From an uncultured Candidatus Saccharibacteria bacterium (GTDB lineage Bacteria > Patescibacteriota > Dojkabacteria > B142 > OLB20), in the NCBI GenBank assembly GCA_964461915.1, contig CAYWVD010000001.1, positions 156,671-220,670 of the forward strand: a stretch of DNA of 64,000 nt, in the 5' to 3' direction. The notes below the pieces were generated by a model. The model made no database searches. It saw only the letters and a list, made by a program, of their open reading frames with translations, and had not been told where the DNA came from. Position numbers and translations under genes: made by a program. Shown here piece after piece: positions 46,113 to 56,024 of the stretch (position 1 is its first letter; every line of letters starts with the position of its first letter).

Positions 46113-46655
46113 TTAATCTATAATTAGTTTTTTTAGCAAGGGGAATTCTTTGTATGATTGATTAAATCGCATAGACCCCATATGACCTTCACCTTTAATA
46201 ATTATTTGAATGCCGCCTGCTAAGTCAAGCATCTTGCGACCCTGCTTGTCATCACAACCCCATGGATCGTTTTCGGAATTAATAAAAATCAATTTTTCAG
46301 AAGTGCCTTTTGAGATTTTATCCCAGTTATAATCTTCTTTGAGAATCGAATCTAAGATACCATAATCCACAAAACCCGAGACCAAAACTGCTTGTTTGAT
46401 CTTTACATCAATCTTATCTAATAAGGCCAAAATTAAAGTCGCTCCGGCGGAATGGCCAATAATTATTGTATCGTTATTGAATTTGCCATTCTCCATAACA
46501 AATGGCAACCATTTATTGATATCCGGATTGTCGGCATCAGGAAGGAGAGGTGCCCAAACTTCATAACCATGCTTTTCAAGTTCGCTTTTGAGCCATGGTA
46601 TCCAAAAACTTTCAGGAGAATCTCCAGAACCGTGTAATATAATTGCGTTTTTCAT
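46113..46655 (-). CDS. alpha/beta hydrolase, RBBP9/YdeN-like serine hydrolase
   Basis: AIILHGSGDSPESFWIPWL and the nucleophile elbow IIIGHSAGATLIL. Confidence 0.65.
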   Translation of the reverse strand: MKNAIILHGSGDSPESFWIPWLKSELEKHGYEVWAPLLPDADNPDINKWLPFVMENGKFNNDTIIIGHSAGATLILALLDKIDVKIKQAVLVSGFVDYGILDSILKEDYNWDKISKGTSEKLIFINSENDPWGCDDKQGRKMLDLAGGIQIIIKGEGHMGSMRFNQSYKEFPLLKKLIID

Positions 46656-46673
46656 GATTTATTTATAAAGAAA

Positions 46674-46913
46674 TTATCTTTCTGAAATATATTTAAATCT
46701 TTTCACTTTTTTTCCATCTTCGAAAACTTTGTATCCCATAAAATCCTCAACAGATCTTATCCAGGCCCTAGTATTGCTTTCAGGTTTATAATATAAAGGA
46801 ATGTATACAACGAAATCATTTAAAGTCTCAGAATCTTTGGCAAGCATTATTGCATAATATAATCCTCCTTTAAAATGCTTATATACTCCCGGTTTAAAAT
46901 TGTTTTTTTTCAT
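46674..46913 (-). CDS. DUF1653 domain protein
   Basis: YKHFKGGLYYAIMLAKDSETLNDFVVY matches DUF1653 (YrHyKGgLYqvl..A.hSEt.e..VvY). Confidence 0.65.
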   Translation of the reverse strand: MKKNNFKPGVYKHFKGGLYYAIMLAKDSETLNDFVVYIPLYYKPESNTRAWIRSVEDFMGYKVFEDGKKVKRFKYISER

Positions 46914-46918
46914 TTTTT

Positions 46919-47554
46919 TTATAAATACTGAATTATTTCCGCAAGGTTTTTAACATAATCAGCATTATTCTCTTCAAATTCTTTTTCTCTTTTGTCGAAC
47001 CGGGCAACACCCAAAAAATCGATATCAGCATTCTTTGCTGCGATATAGTCATCTAAAGAATCTCCTATATAGATCGCTTCTGAGTATTTTATGCCTTTTT
47101 TATTCAGGAAGTTTTTTAATGAATCGAAAACCTTTCCGTCAGGCTTGTGGTGATCAGAATCTTCTGATGCTTGAATATATGCAAATATGTCATAAGAGAT
47201 ACCGACATCCATAAAACCACGCTTAATTAATTCCTTTGTACTAGAACTAACCATAGTTAAAATATATTTATTGCTTAATCTTTCTAGTGTCGCTACAGCA
47301 TCATCAAACTTTTTTAGAGGGAAAAGATGAATAATCTCTTTGTAATGCTGTGCAATATTTTCAAAAGAATCTACATCATTGAACAAAGCTTTTATAAGAT
47401 CCCTAAAAGGAAGCCCCCAATATTTATCTATTGTTGAATCTGATATCTTGAGGTTATAAAAATGTTTAGCAGTATATTTAGCTGCTTCATATCGAATTGC
47501 TCTAGTTTGAACTAGCGTATCATCAAAATCGAAAACTATTACTTTGTATGGCAT
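46919..47554 (-). CDS. HAD-family hydrolase/phosphatase
   Basis: Motif I VIVFDFDDTLVQT immediately after the start, motif IV IYIGDSLDD. ATG at 47554 (MPYK) preferred. Confidence 0.8.
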   Translation of the reverse strand: MPYKVIVFDFDDTLVQTRAIRYEAAKYTAKHFYNLKISDSTIDKYWGLPFRDLIKALFNDVDSFENIAQHYKEIIHLFPLKKFDDAVATLERLSNKYILTMVSSSTKELIKRGFMDVGISYDIFAYIQASEDSDHHKPDGKVFDSLKNFLNKKGIKYSEAIYIGDSLDDYIAAKNADIDFLGVARFDKREKEFEENNADYVKNLAEIIQYL

Positions 47555-47582
47555 ATTAATTGTAAAAAGAATCAATTAAGAA

Positions 47583-47656
47583 TCGGGATGGTGAGACTTG
47601 AACTCACAACCTTGCGCCCCCGAAGCGCACATTCTAGCCAATTGAACTACATCCCG
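47583..47656 (-). tRNA. tRNA-Pro (anticodon CGG)
   Basis: Manual fold gives acceptor CGGGATG/CATCCCG, D-arm GTTC-AATTGGCTA-GAAT, anticodon arm TGCGC-TTCGGGG-GCGCA (anticodon CGG, G37), T-arm GTGAG-TTCAAGT-CTCAC, discriminator A, no encoded CCA. 74 nt. Confidence 0.85.
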
Positions 47657-47744
47657 TAATTGTGTTAATTCAACTAGACCATTATATCTTATTGCGTATA
47701 TTTCTAAAACATAGCATAATTAGTATGATTTTTATAATAAAAAA

Positions 47745-48746
47745 ATGGAAAACAAAATTGAGCCTGATAAGCAATTCGAAAGAATTACTTCAGCTTTATC
47801 TTTGATAGTTGTCGGGTTTGTTCTATTGTTGAATACATCGGGAGTCCTCCCTTGGACGGTCTGGATCGAGCTTTTAAAGTTTTGGCCTGTATTTATAATT
47901 TCGGCGGGCTTAAGCTTAATTTTGAGCTTTAATAACACATCAAAAATTATTGCGCATATACTAACTTTTTTAATATTCATATTTATATTATTCTACGCAG
48001 CTGTAAATACAGGATTATCTTCATTAAGCGGGTTCAATACAATTTTACCTAAATTGGGTTGGATTGGGTTCACGGAAGATTCAAATAATGTTTATTTAAA
48101 TCAAGAATATAAATCTATTCCAATTTCCGTAAATGAAAACCTCAAGGGAGCAAATATGGAAGTAGTATTAGGGGCAGGTAAGTTCGAATTAAATTCCATA
48201 AAAACTGATAATATAATAGCTTCCGTGAATGCTATCAATAATAACCAAGAATTTTCTTTGGAGTCAACAAATAGAGGTGAGGTTACAGATATCAAATTTG
48301 AAAATAAACCTGTAAATAATTTTATGGATTTTGATAATAAGCAGGAATATTACCTAGATCTTAATAGCGGTATATATTTTGATAATTTTGATATGAAAGT
48401 AGGAGCAAGTGATGCTACATTAAACTTTGAAAATAATATTTCTGTTAATAAAATAAATCTTGAAAGCGGTGCAAGCAGTGTAACTATGAATTTTACTGAA
48501 GGATCCTTGCCTTCTGTATTGAATGTAAAAGTCGGAGCTGGTAAGACTTTGATCGTGTTACCTGAAAATGCTGGCATTAATGTTGAATATAGTGTGGGAG
48601 TTGGTAGTTTAAAAATTGAGGGAGAGAGGGATATTAATGGATTAGGTGCTAAAGGAAAGTTTATTTCGAAAACAGTTAACCCAAATGGGAATACCAATAT
48701 CACTTTAGATATTGGAGTGGGCGAATGCGAAGTTCTTTTCAAATAA
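47745..48746 (+). CDS. membrane protein with LiaF-like N-terminal TM region and DUF4097/'toastrack' beta-repeat C-domain
   Basis: 4 TM helices, then repetitive beta-strand modules (...LNFENNISVNKINLESGASSVTMNF...IGVGECEVLF). Confidence 0.45.
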   Translation: MENKIEPDKQFERITSALSLIVVGFVLLLNTSGVLPWTVWIELLKFWPVFIISAGLSLILSFNNTSKIIAHILTFLIFIFILFYAAVNTGLSSLSGFNTILPKLGWIGFTEDSNNVYLNQEYKSIPISVNENLKGANMEVVLGAGKFELNSIKTDNIIASVNAINNNQEFSLESTNRGEVTDIKFENKPVNNFMDFDNKQEYYLDLNSGIYFDNFDMKVGASDATLNFENNISVNKINLESGASSVTMNFTEGSLPSVLNVKVGAGKTLIVLPENAGINVEYSVGVGSLKIEGERDINGLGAKGKFISKTVNPNGNTNITLDIGVGECEVLFK

Positions 48747-48772
48747 ATAATTAATTATTAAAAAATTTAAAA

Positions 48773-49435
48773 ATGGCAAAAATAATTACCGGATCATTTT
48801 TAGTTCTATTAGGACTAAGTATTCTTTTTCAGCAAAGTCCCTTTTCTATGCTTGGTATAGGTTTTGGAAATATATTTTCACTTTTTTGGTTAGTGATAGG
48901 GATAATTTTATTAACAAGAAAGAACTATTTTTGGGGGTTTTTATTTTCTGCCATAGGTTTTGTGGGTTTTGTTTCGGGAATATTTAAGATTGATTTTGGC
49001 GCATGGATATTCCCATTAATAATAATTGCCATAGGCTTTAGTATACTTTTTAAAAAACAAAAAGTTTATAACGAAGAGGGTAAAGAACAATCCACATCAA
49101 CTGAAGATCTGTTAAATGAATCAATTGTTTTTAGCGGTTTAGAAAAGCGAGTTAATAGTACAAATTTTAAAGGAGGCAAGGTAGATTCAGTTTTTTCCGG
49201 AATTAAAATCGACCTTACAAATGCTGAAATCTCAAAAGAAGGTGCTGAATTAGAAATCAATTCTGTTTTTGGTGGAGTCGAAGTAATTTCCGGAAAAGAC
49301 CAAAATATAATTTCAAATGGCACAGGTATTTTTGGTGCTTGGACAAATAAATTTTCCTCAAGTAGTAATGCATCTAGTCCAAAGATTTTAATAAAGGGTG
49401 CTGCTGTATTTGGTAGTGTAGAAATAAAAAACTAA
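48773..49435 (+). CDS. LiaF-like cell-envelope stress membrane protein (toastrack domain)
   Basis: 4 TM helices, then VFSGIKIDLTNAEISKEGAELEINSVFGGVEVIS...GAAVFGSVEIKN, a LiaF C-domain pattern. Confidence 0.5.
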   Translation: MAKIITGSFLVLLGLSILFQQSPFSMLGIGFGNIFSLFWLVIGIILLTRKNYFWGFLFSAIGFVGFVSGIFKIDFGAWIFPLIIIAIGFSILFKKQKVYNEEGKEQSTSTEDLLNESIVFSGLEKRVNSTNFKGGKVDSVFSGIKIDLTNAEISKEGAELEINSVFGGVEVISGKDQNIISNGTGIFGAWTNKFSSSSNASSPKILIKGAAVFGSVEIKN

Positions 49436-50019
49436 TGTCAAAAAAAAGAAAGTTTTTATTAATTTTAATATTAATTTTCTTATCTGTCTGTTTTGTCTTT
49501 TTTGTTTTACCAGGCAAAACAAGTGATGATTTTAGTTCTAATCAAATTCAAACAACCATGAAAATTTCTATTGATGATTTTGTTGATGGAGAAAGAATGC
49601 CCACAAAGTATACTTGCCAGGGTCAAAACATTGCTCCGATAATCAATATTTCCGAAGTACCAAGTGAAGCTAAAAGTCTTCTCCTATTGGTTGAAGATCC
49701 TGATGCTCCGGGTGATATTTGGAATCATATGATCATTTGGGGAATTAAGCCTATTGATCAGGTCCTTGATCTGAATAACCTTCCTGATAATGTTATTGTC
49801 GGTAAAAATAGCTGGGGTAAGAATAATTATGGTGGACCATGTCCTCCATCAGGAACTCATAGATATTTTTTCAATCTATATGCACTTGATTATGATTTAA
49901 AATTAGATAAAAACGCATATTCATCTTTAATTAAAGATGAAATTTCAGGGCATGTCCTTCAGTATGCAAAACACATGGGAACTTTTAGTAAAGTATCAAA
50001 TCCTACTGAATCTCCTTAA
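49435..50019 (+). CDS. YbhB/YbcL family PEBP (Raf-kinase-inhibitor-like) protein, secreted
   Basis: Signal peptide. DPDAP...CPPSGTHRYFFNLYALD are PEBP motifs. Confidence 0.8.
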   Translation: MSKKRKFLLILILIFLSVCFVFFVLPGKTSDDFSSNQIQTTMKISIDDFVDGERMPTKYTCQGQNIAPIINISEVPSEAKSLLLLVEDPDAPGDIWNHMIIWGIKPIDQVLDLNNLPDNVIVGKNSWGKNNYGGPCPPSGTHRYFFNLYALDYDLKLDKNAYSSLIKDEISGHVLQYAKHMGTFSKVSNPTESP

Positions 50020-50653
50020 TTAAATCTCTGGTGTTATTTTGTGGTGAATTAACAAGCGGAGAAACTTTATAATTCGTGATTTCTTCGGAAGGTGTAAATG
50101 TCTTTAAACTATCAAGCATGCTTTTATCAAAGTCTTTTGATAGCCAGAGATTTTCAAGTTCTTTATTCAAAATTAGAGGCATACGGTCATGAATCGATTC
50201 AATCGTCGTATTGGGCTTAGTGGTCACAATAGTAAAACCTAAATAGTTTTTATTGGTTTTAGGGTCAAAAAATTCATCAAAAAGTCCCGCAAAAGCAAAG
50301 TAGTTGTCATCATTTGGTTTAATATAAATTGGTTCTTTTTTCCCATTTTCGGTACCTTTCCATTCATAAAATCCGCTGGCTGGGATTATGCATCTTTTTG
50401 AATCAATTAATTTTTTGAAGAAAAATTTCTCATCTAGTGTTTCAACCTTTGCATTGATAATTTGAAATTTTTCGCTTGGGGCAAGTCCCCATTTCATAAT
50501 TACTGGCTTGTTTTTGTTTTCATCACCTAAAATGACGACGCTAGATTGGCCTGGAGCTATATTGTAACTTGATGGGAACTCAATTAAAACTCTATCTAAA
50601 TTAAAACGAGGATAAAATCTTTCATCAATATCGAGTGTAAATCTTCCGCACAT
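50003..50653 (-). CDS. SOS-response-associated peptidase (SRAP/YedK, abasic-site processing protein)
   Basis: MCGRFTLD N-terminus (catalytic Cys2) and an SRAP fold. Confidence 0.85.
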   Translation of the reverse strand: MCGRFTLDIDERFYPRFNLDRVLIEFPSSYNIAPGQSSVVILGDENKNKPVIMKWGLAPSEKFQIINAKVETLDEKFFFKKLIDSKRCIIPASGFYEWKGTENGKKEPIYIKPNDDNYFAFAGLFDEFFDPKTNKNYLGFTIVTTKPNTTIESIHDRMPLILNKELENLWLSKDFDKSMLDSLKTFTPSEEITNYKVSPLVNSPQNNTRDLIKEIQ

Positions 50654-51093
50654 TATTTACTTAGATTCTTAATTACATAAGTAACGATTCCCCAAATCTT
50701 GAAATCCATATCTGATGTGATTTTAATCGGTTTGTATTTTGGATTTTCAGGGATAAGGAAAACTCCTTTTTTATCTTTTGAAAGCCTTTTAACTACAAAT
50801 TCTCCATCCAAGAACGCTATTACAATTGAATCTTTTTGAATATTTAAAGCTCGATCAACAACTAAAATGTCACCATCTGAAATAGATGCGTTCATCATTG
50901 AGTCGCCTTTGACTTTGACAAAGAATGTTGCGGCAGGATGATCGATCATCATTTTATTAAGATCGAGTTCGTTTTCGACATAATCTTCTGCAGGCGAAGG
51001 AAATCCTGCCGAAATTGTTGAAGTGAATAATTGCAACTTTACATTAGTTGTTGTGTCGGGTTTGAATATAGTGAGCTTAGTTTTTTGTTTCAA
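50653..51093 (-). CDS. umuD: UmuD-like S24 peptidase (LexA-like C-domain only; TTG start)
   Basis: Ala-Gly cleavage site (ISAGFP), Ser nucleophile VKVKGDSMMN, Lys FVVKRL. No HTH domain, 146 aa. Confidence 0.7.
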   Translation of the reverse strand: MKQKTKLTIFKPDTTTNVKLQLFTSTISAGFPSPAEDYVENELDLNKMMIDHPAATFFVKVKGDSMMNASISDGDILVVDRALNIQKDSIVIAFLDGEFVVKRLSKDKKGVFLIPENPKYKPIKITSDMDFKIWGIVTYVIKNLSK

Positions 51094-51110
51094 TATTGTA
51101 TACTTAAAAT

Positions 51111-52397
51111 ATGAATTCTAGAATTTTTGCATTAGTAGATTGTAACAACTTTTATGTCAGTTGCGAAAGGGTTTTTAATCCGAAACTCGAAAATAAGCCG
51201 ACAGTAGTGCTATCAAATAACGATGGATGCGTGATTGCTAGGTCACAAGAAGTAAAAGATCTTGGTGTAACTATGGGCGCTCCAATTTTCAAACTAAAAG
51301 AGTTGGTTGAAAGGGAGAAGATAAATGTATATTCGGCAAACTTCCCTTTGTACGGCGATATGTCACATAGGGTGATGGCAACAATTTCAGAGTTCGTGCC
51401 TGATGTAGAAATATATTCCATAGATGAGGCCTTTTTAGATTTAACTAATTTAAGGGTTCCCGATCTAACGAAATTTTGCATAAAACTCCGAAAAACAATC
51501 TATAAGTGGACAGGAATCCCTGTCAGTATTGGTGTTGCCCCAACAAAGACCTTAGCAAAAGCCGCAAATAAACTAGCCAAAAAACAATTTCGTGATATTG
51601 GTGTGTTTAATTTTTTTGAACATTTAGGTAACGAGGAAGAATTCCTAAAACTAATACCTGTAGGTGATTTGTGGGGGGTGGGCAGAGCCTATACAAAGTT
51701 TTTAAATCAACATAATATTAATAATGCATTTGAACTTAAAAGTCTTGACATCGGATATGTAAAACAGGTTATGACAGTTGCCGGTGAAAGATTGGTTATG
51801 GAATTAAATGGTGAACCTTGTTATTTGCTCGAGAAAAACCCAAAGCTTAAAAAAAATATTGCTTTTACAAGATCATTTGGTGAATATCAAACAAAACTAA
51901 ATCAAGTTGAAGAAGCTGTTGCTTACTTCTCTAGAAAAATCGGTGAAAAACTAAGAAAAGAAAAGGAATTAGCTCAGTTTTTGCAGGTATTTATTCTTAC
52001 GAACTTCCACAATAAAAATCTCCCTCAATATCATAATTCCGTGATAATAAAATTAGAAAGGCCTACTAATAATTCGATTACATTAATAAAAGAGGCATTA
52101 AGAGGACTAAAATATATTTTCAAAGATGGTTATCAATACAAAAAAGCGGGTGTTATATCACTGGGTTTGATACCTGAAAGCCATAGACAATATGACTTCT
52201 TTTGTGATCCAAATGATGAAAAGTATCTACAAAAAGACTTAATGGCAACTCTTGACAAGATAAATTTTGAAGTTAATTCAGATTCTGTGAAATTTGCCGC
52301 TGAAGGTGTAAGTAGAAAGTGGTGGATGAACCAAACAAAGAAATCCCAAAGATATACTACAAATTGGAAAGAATTGCCTAAAGCTATTGCTGAATAG
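51111..52397 (+). CDS. umuC: Y-family translesion DNA polymerase UmuC
   Basis: [19 protein letters not shown] (UmuC: MFALcDvNaFYASCE), plus palm/fingers and little-finger domains. 428 aa. Confidence 0.85.
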   Translation: MNSRIFALVDCNNFYVSCERVFNPKLENKPTVVLSNNDGCVIARSQEVKDLGVTMGAPIFKLKELVEREKINVYSANFPLYGDMSHRVMATISEFVPDVEIYSIDEAFLDLTNLRVPDLTKFCIKLRKTIYKWTGIPVSIGVAPTKTLAKAANKLAKKQFRDIGVFNFFEHLGNEEEFLKLIPVGDLWGVGRAYTKFLNQHNINNAFELKSLDIGYVKQVMTVAGERLVMELNGEPCYLLEKNPKLKKNIAFTRSFGEYQTKLNQVEEAVAYFSRKIGEKLRKEKELAQFLQVFILTNFHNKNLPQYHNSVIIKLERPTNNSITLIKEALRGLKYIFKDGYQYKKAGVISLGLIPESHRQYDFFCDPNDEKYLQKDLMATLDKINFEVNSDSVKFAAEGVSRKWWMNQTKKSQRYTTNWKELPKAIAE

Positions 52398-52539
52398 GTT
52401 AAAAGATCGATCCCCCGTATAATTAAAGGATGAAAACATTTGACATCTCTGAAAGAACTTTCTAGACTTGTAATGAAATAAATTAAATAACTTATTTTAA
52501 TTTATTTTCACTTTTATTTATTTTTTATTTATCAACCAT

Positions 52540-53025
52540 ATGGCAAAAGCCAAAAATTTCAAGGGTTTTACCCTTATTGAAATTCTAGTGGTTGTGGCCT
52601 TAATTGCAATTTTAACTGCAATTACTTTTATTGCCATCAACCCAGCAAAGAATTTCGCAGATACAAGGAATGCACAAAGAAGTTCTGATGTAGGTCAGAT
52701 TCTAAATGCAATGACTCAGTACACTTCTGATTCAGGAAGAACAACAGCAGCTCTAGAAACAGAATTTGCTGTAACAATTCCTTCATGCGATGCAGTAGCA
52801 CCTTCACCAACAGCAATTCAAATTGGATCAGGTGTCGGATTATTAAACTTGGGTGATGCAACAAAAGCATTAGTTGATGAATATATTGTTGGTATCCCTT
52901 TTGATCCAAGCACAGGTACAGCAGCTGCTACAAATTACTGGGTATGTCAAACTACAGGTGGAAGACTACAAGTTAGTGCTCCAGGTGTAGAAAATGGTAA
53001 ACCAGTCATCGTAGTAAAGAGATAA
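52540..53025 (+). CDS. pilA: type IV pilin (prepilin N-methylation motif)
   Basis: KGFTLIEILVVVALIAILTAI is the class III signal with the Glu5 motif. Confidence 0.85.
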   Translation: MAKAKNFKGFTLIEILVVVALIAILTAITFIAINPAKNFADTRNAQRSSDVGQILNAMTQYTSDSGRTTAALETEFAVTIPSCDAVAPSPTAIQIGSGVGLLNLGDATKALVDEYIVGIPFDPSTGTAAATNYWVCQTTGGRLQVSAPGVENGKPVIVVKR

Positions 53026-53042
53026 AATTTTATTAAAATTTT

Positions 53043-53077
53043 AAATCCCGGCTAGTAGTAGTCGGGATTTTTTTTGC
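53043..53077 (+). terminator. rho-independent terminator after pilin gene
   Basis: AATCCCGGCTA-GTAG-TAGTCGGGATT followed by T9. The stem is nearly identical to the rpsI terminator at 8132-8162. Confidence 0.65.
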
Positions 53078-53113
53078 CTTTATTTTTCCCTTCAAAACCT
53101 GTAAATTATTACT

Positions 53114-54388
53114 ATGGATTCCGGAAAAAGTAAAAAAGTAGATTCTTCTAAAGAGGAATCGACAGAAACTCAAGCGGCTGCTCCCCGTAATGCTGGGGAA
53201 TCTTCTAATATTGGCAGTCTTCTTGAAAATATTGTATTTACTGCGCTTGATCAAAAAGCGTCAGATATTCATATTGAACCAACCGAAAAAGATGTTCTTG
53301 TTAGGTATAGGATCGACGGTATGTTAAAGGATATTCTCTTAATTGATAAATCATTTGAGGATGAACTTATTTTTAAAATTAAAATTTCTGCAAGGCTTAG
53401 GACTGATGAACATTTTTCGCCGCAAGATGGTCGTATTTCGTTTAAAGTCCCTGAATATGGTAAGTTAGATACTCGTATATCAATCCTACCTACTACAAAG
53501 GGTGAAAAAATTGTAATTAGACTTTTAACTAAAGATGCAAAACAATTGGGCCTTGATAAACTTGGAATTACAGGAAAAGGACTCGAAACTGTTGAAAAGA
53601 ACTATGAAAAGCCTTGGGGCATGGTTTTAGCGGTAGGGCCTACTGGATCGGGTAAAACTACAACTTTATATTCGATATTACAAATTATAAATTCTCGCGA
53701 AAAAAATGTTACTACCATTGAAGATCCGGTAGAATTTGACATTGATGGAATCAACCATATACAGGTTAATCCTAATGGAAACTTAACCTTTGCCAATGGG
53801 TTAAGATCTATTTTGAGGCAGGATCCTGATATTGTTATGGTTGGTGAAATTAGAGATACCGAAACTGCTAGGATTGCTATCAATGCTGCAATGACTGGGC
53901 ACTTGGTTTTATCAACCTTACATACAAATGATGCTGTAACTACGATTCCGCGTTTGATTGATATGGGGGTAGAGCCTTATCTTGTTGCATCTACAGTTAA
54001 CTTAGTAATTGCTCAAAGGCTTGCCAGACTTTTATGTCCAAAGTGTAAAGAAGAATATAAGTTAACTAAAGAAGAAGAGGACGATTTAGAAATGGCAAGG
54101 CCTGATATTTCCAGGAAAATTAATAAAGGGCAAAAATTCTTTAGGCATAAAGGATGTAAAGAATGCGGAGATTCTGGATATAAAGGTAGGATTGGACTTT
54201 ACGAAATCATGGAAATTACTAAAGAAATGCGTGCCATCATTAATAATGAAGAGTTTTCTGTCGATGATCTTTATAAAGAAACTGATAAATCTGGTCTTGT
54301 GACATTGTTGCAAGATGGGATCAATAAATTAACTGAAGGTTTAATTGATATCCCCGAACTTATAAGAGTTACTGCTTTAAATGAATAA
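53114..54388 (+). CDS. pilB: type IV pilus assembly ATPase PilB/GspE family
   Basis: Walker A LAVGPTGSGKTTTL, Asp/His boxes, and a tetracysteine CPKC...CKEC zinc motif typical of PilB/GspE. Confidence 0.85.
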   Translation: MDSGKSKKVDSSKEESTETQAAAPRNAGESSNIGSLLENIVFTALDQKASDIHIEPTEKDVLVRYRIDGMLKDILLIDKSFEDELIFKIKISARLRTDEHFSPQDGRISFKVPEYGKLDTRISILPTTKGEKIVIRLLTKDAKQLGLDKLGITGKGLETVEKNYEKPWGMVLAVGPTGSGKTTTLYSILQIINSREKNVTTIEDPVEFDIDGINHIQVNPNGNLTFANGLRSILRQDPDIVMVGEIRDTETARIAINAAMTGHLVLSTLHTNDAVTTIPRLIDMGVEPYLVASTVNLVIAQRLARLLCPKCKEEYKLTKEEEDDLEMARPDISRKINKGQKFFRHKGCKECGDSGYKGRIGLYEIMEITKEMRAIINNEEFSVDDLYKETDKSGLVTLLQDGINKLTEGLIDIPELIRVTALNE

Positions 54389-54403
54389 TATTAAATAAAT
54401 AAA

Positions 54404-55567
54404 ATGGAGAAAATTAAACAAGAGAATAAACCCGAAGTTAAAATCGAAGAAAAGAAGGCGCTTAAAACAAGCACTGTAGTTGCTTCGAAATATATCAAAA
54501 AGAAAAGCGGTAGTGTTTATTTCGGTAAAATTAGTCCCCTAAAAATGGCTTTTGCATTTAGGCATATGGGGATTATGTTAAAGTCGGGGCTTTCACTAGA
54601 GGCTGCAATTAAGGTGCTTTCCGAGCAGTTAGATGATGCAAGGCTAAGAGAAATTTTTGCAGAAATTTTATTCGGAATAAACGAAGGTGTTTCGATTGCT
54701 GAAACAATGCGTAATCATCGAGATATTTTTTCTAACCTTGTAATTTCTTTGATCAGTTCGGGAGAACAAGGTGGAACACTTGAAAAGAATTTATTCATTT
54801 TAGCTGACTATTTAAAGAAGGCTCATGAACTTCAACAAAAGGTTAAAGGTGCAATGATTTATCCTTTGATTGTTTTGGGTATGACAAGTGTTGAAGTACT
54901 AGGTGTAGTATATTTTCTTTTACCAAGGCTTGATTCAATGTTTTCAACATTTGGTGAATTGCCAGCTTTTACGAAAGTAATATTAGATGCTGCAAAGTTT
55001 ATTCGTGACAATACAGTCTCCTTATTACTCATATTAATAGTATTCATAATTACTTTATCTTTGTTTTTAAATAAGACAAAAATTGGCAAAAGGATAAAGA
55101 ATTGGTTTGCTTTAAACTTCCCTGTATTTAAAAATCTTAATAAAAACACAATTTTATCTAATTTTTCGCAAACTTTTGCACTTTTACTTGAAAACGGAAT
55201 TCCGATTACAAAAGCTTTAGAAATAGCGGCAGAAACAAGCGATAATGTTTATTATCAAGAGTCTTTAGCCAAAATTAATGAAAGTGTTCAAGGGGGACTA
55301 AGTATGGCTCAATCGATGGAAAAATTCCCCAAGTATTTTCCCCCCACTTATTCAAAAATGGTTGAAATCGGAGAACAGACGGGTTCTTTGTCTGAAACAC
55401 TTTTATATGTTCACGAATTTTATGCCGAAGAAGCTGCTGAAGTCAGTAATAATCTTGCGACTTTACTTGAACCAATTCTTTTGATTTTTATTGGTGTCAT
55501 GATCGGAGGATTAGCAATGATTATTATAGGTCCAATTTATCAGCTAATGGGTACTATCAATGGTTAA
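54404..55567 (+). CDS. pilC: type IV pilus platform protein PilC/GspF family
   Basis: Two GspF repeats and 3 TM segments. 387 aa. Confidence 0.8.
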   Translation: MEKIKQENKPEVKIEEKKALKTSTVVASKYIKKKSGSVYFGKISPLKMAFAFRHMGIMLKSGLSLEAAIKVLSEQLDDARLREIFAEILFGINEGVSIAETMRNHRDIFSNLVISLISSGEQGGTLEKNLFILADYLKKAHELQQKVKGAMIYPLIVLGMTSVEVLGVVYFLLPRLDSMFSTFGELPAFTKVILDAAKFIRDNTVSLLLILIVFIITLSLFLNKTKIGKRIKNWFALNFPVFKNLNKNTILSNFSQTFALLLENGIPITKALEIAAETSDNVYYQESLAKINESVQGGLSMAQSMEKFPKYFPPTYSKMVEIGEQTGSLSETLLYVHEFYAEEAAEVSNNLATLLEPILLIFIGVMIGGLAMIIIGPIYQLMGTING

Positions 55568-56024
55568 TCATAGTCGAATCAAAGCCTTTACTCTCATCGA
55601 GATATTAATCGTCTTAGGTATGTTCTTGGGAATTTTAGTTATAGTTTTGCCAATAGGAATAAGGGAATTACAGTTTAATAAAGCCCAAAACACTGCTTAT
55701 GACATTGAATCATCAATACATTTAGCTCAGAGTAATAGTTTTAGTGGACTTGATTCAAGTAGCTATGGTGTAGCTATTTTTAATGATCATTATATTTATT
55801 TTAAAGGGGATTCTTTAAGTACGGCTATTAGCCAAGATGAGTTCCGATACAACAACGGTGTGAGTATTAAAAATAATTTATTAAATCCCTCTACTACAGA
55901 AATTGTTTTTCAAGCTGGAGATTTAAAAGCAAATTGCGAGGGTTCTTTTGACATCGGAAGTGATGTTGATAATTATCGAATAACTATAAATAAAATAGGA
56001 TTAATCAGTTTGTTAAAATTATGA
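55560..56024 (+). CDS. prepilin-type minor pilin/pseudopilin
   Basis: KAFTLIEILIVLGMFLGIL N-terminal methylation motif. Confidence 0.7.
   Translation: MVNHSRIKAFTLIEILIVLGMFLGILVIVLPIGIRELQFNKAQNTAYDIESSIHLAQSNSFSGLDSSSYGVAIFNDHYIYFKGDSLSTAISQDEFRYNNGVSIKNNLLNPSTTEIVFQAGDLKANCEGSFDIGSDVDNYRITINKIGLISLLKL

Noticed and set aside
47583-52397. Possible genomic island integrated at tRNA-Pro (the tRNA is followed by stress and SOS genes)
   Set aside because: No integrase, recombinase, transposase or direct repeat of the tRNA 3' end was found within the following 15 kb. No mobile element is called.
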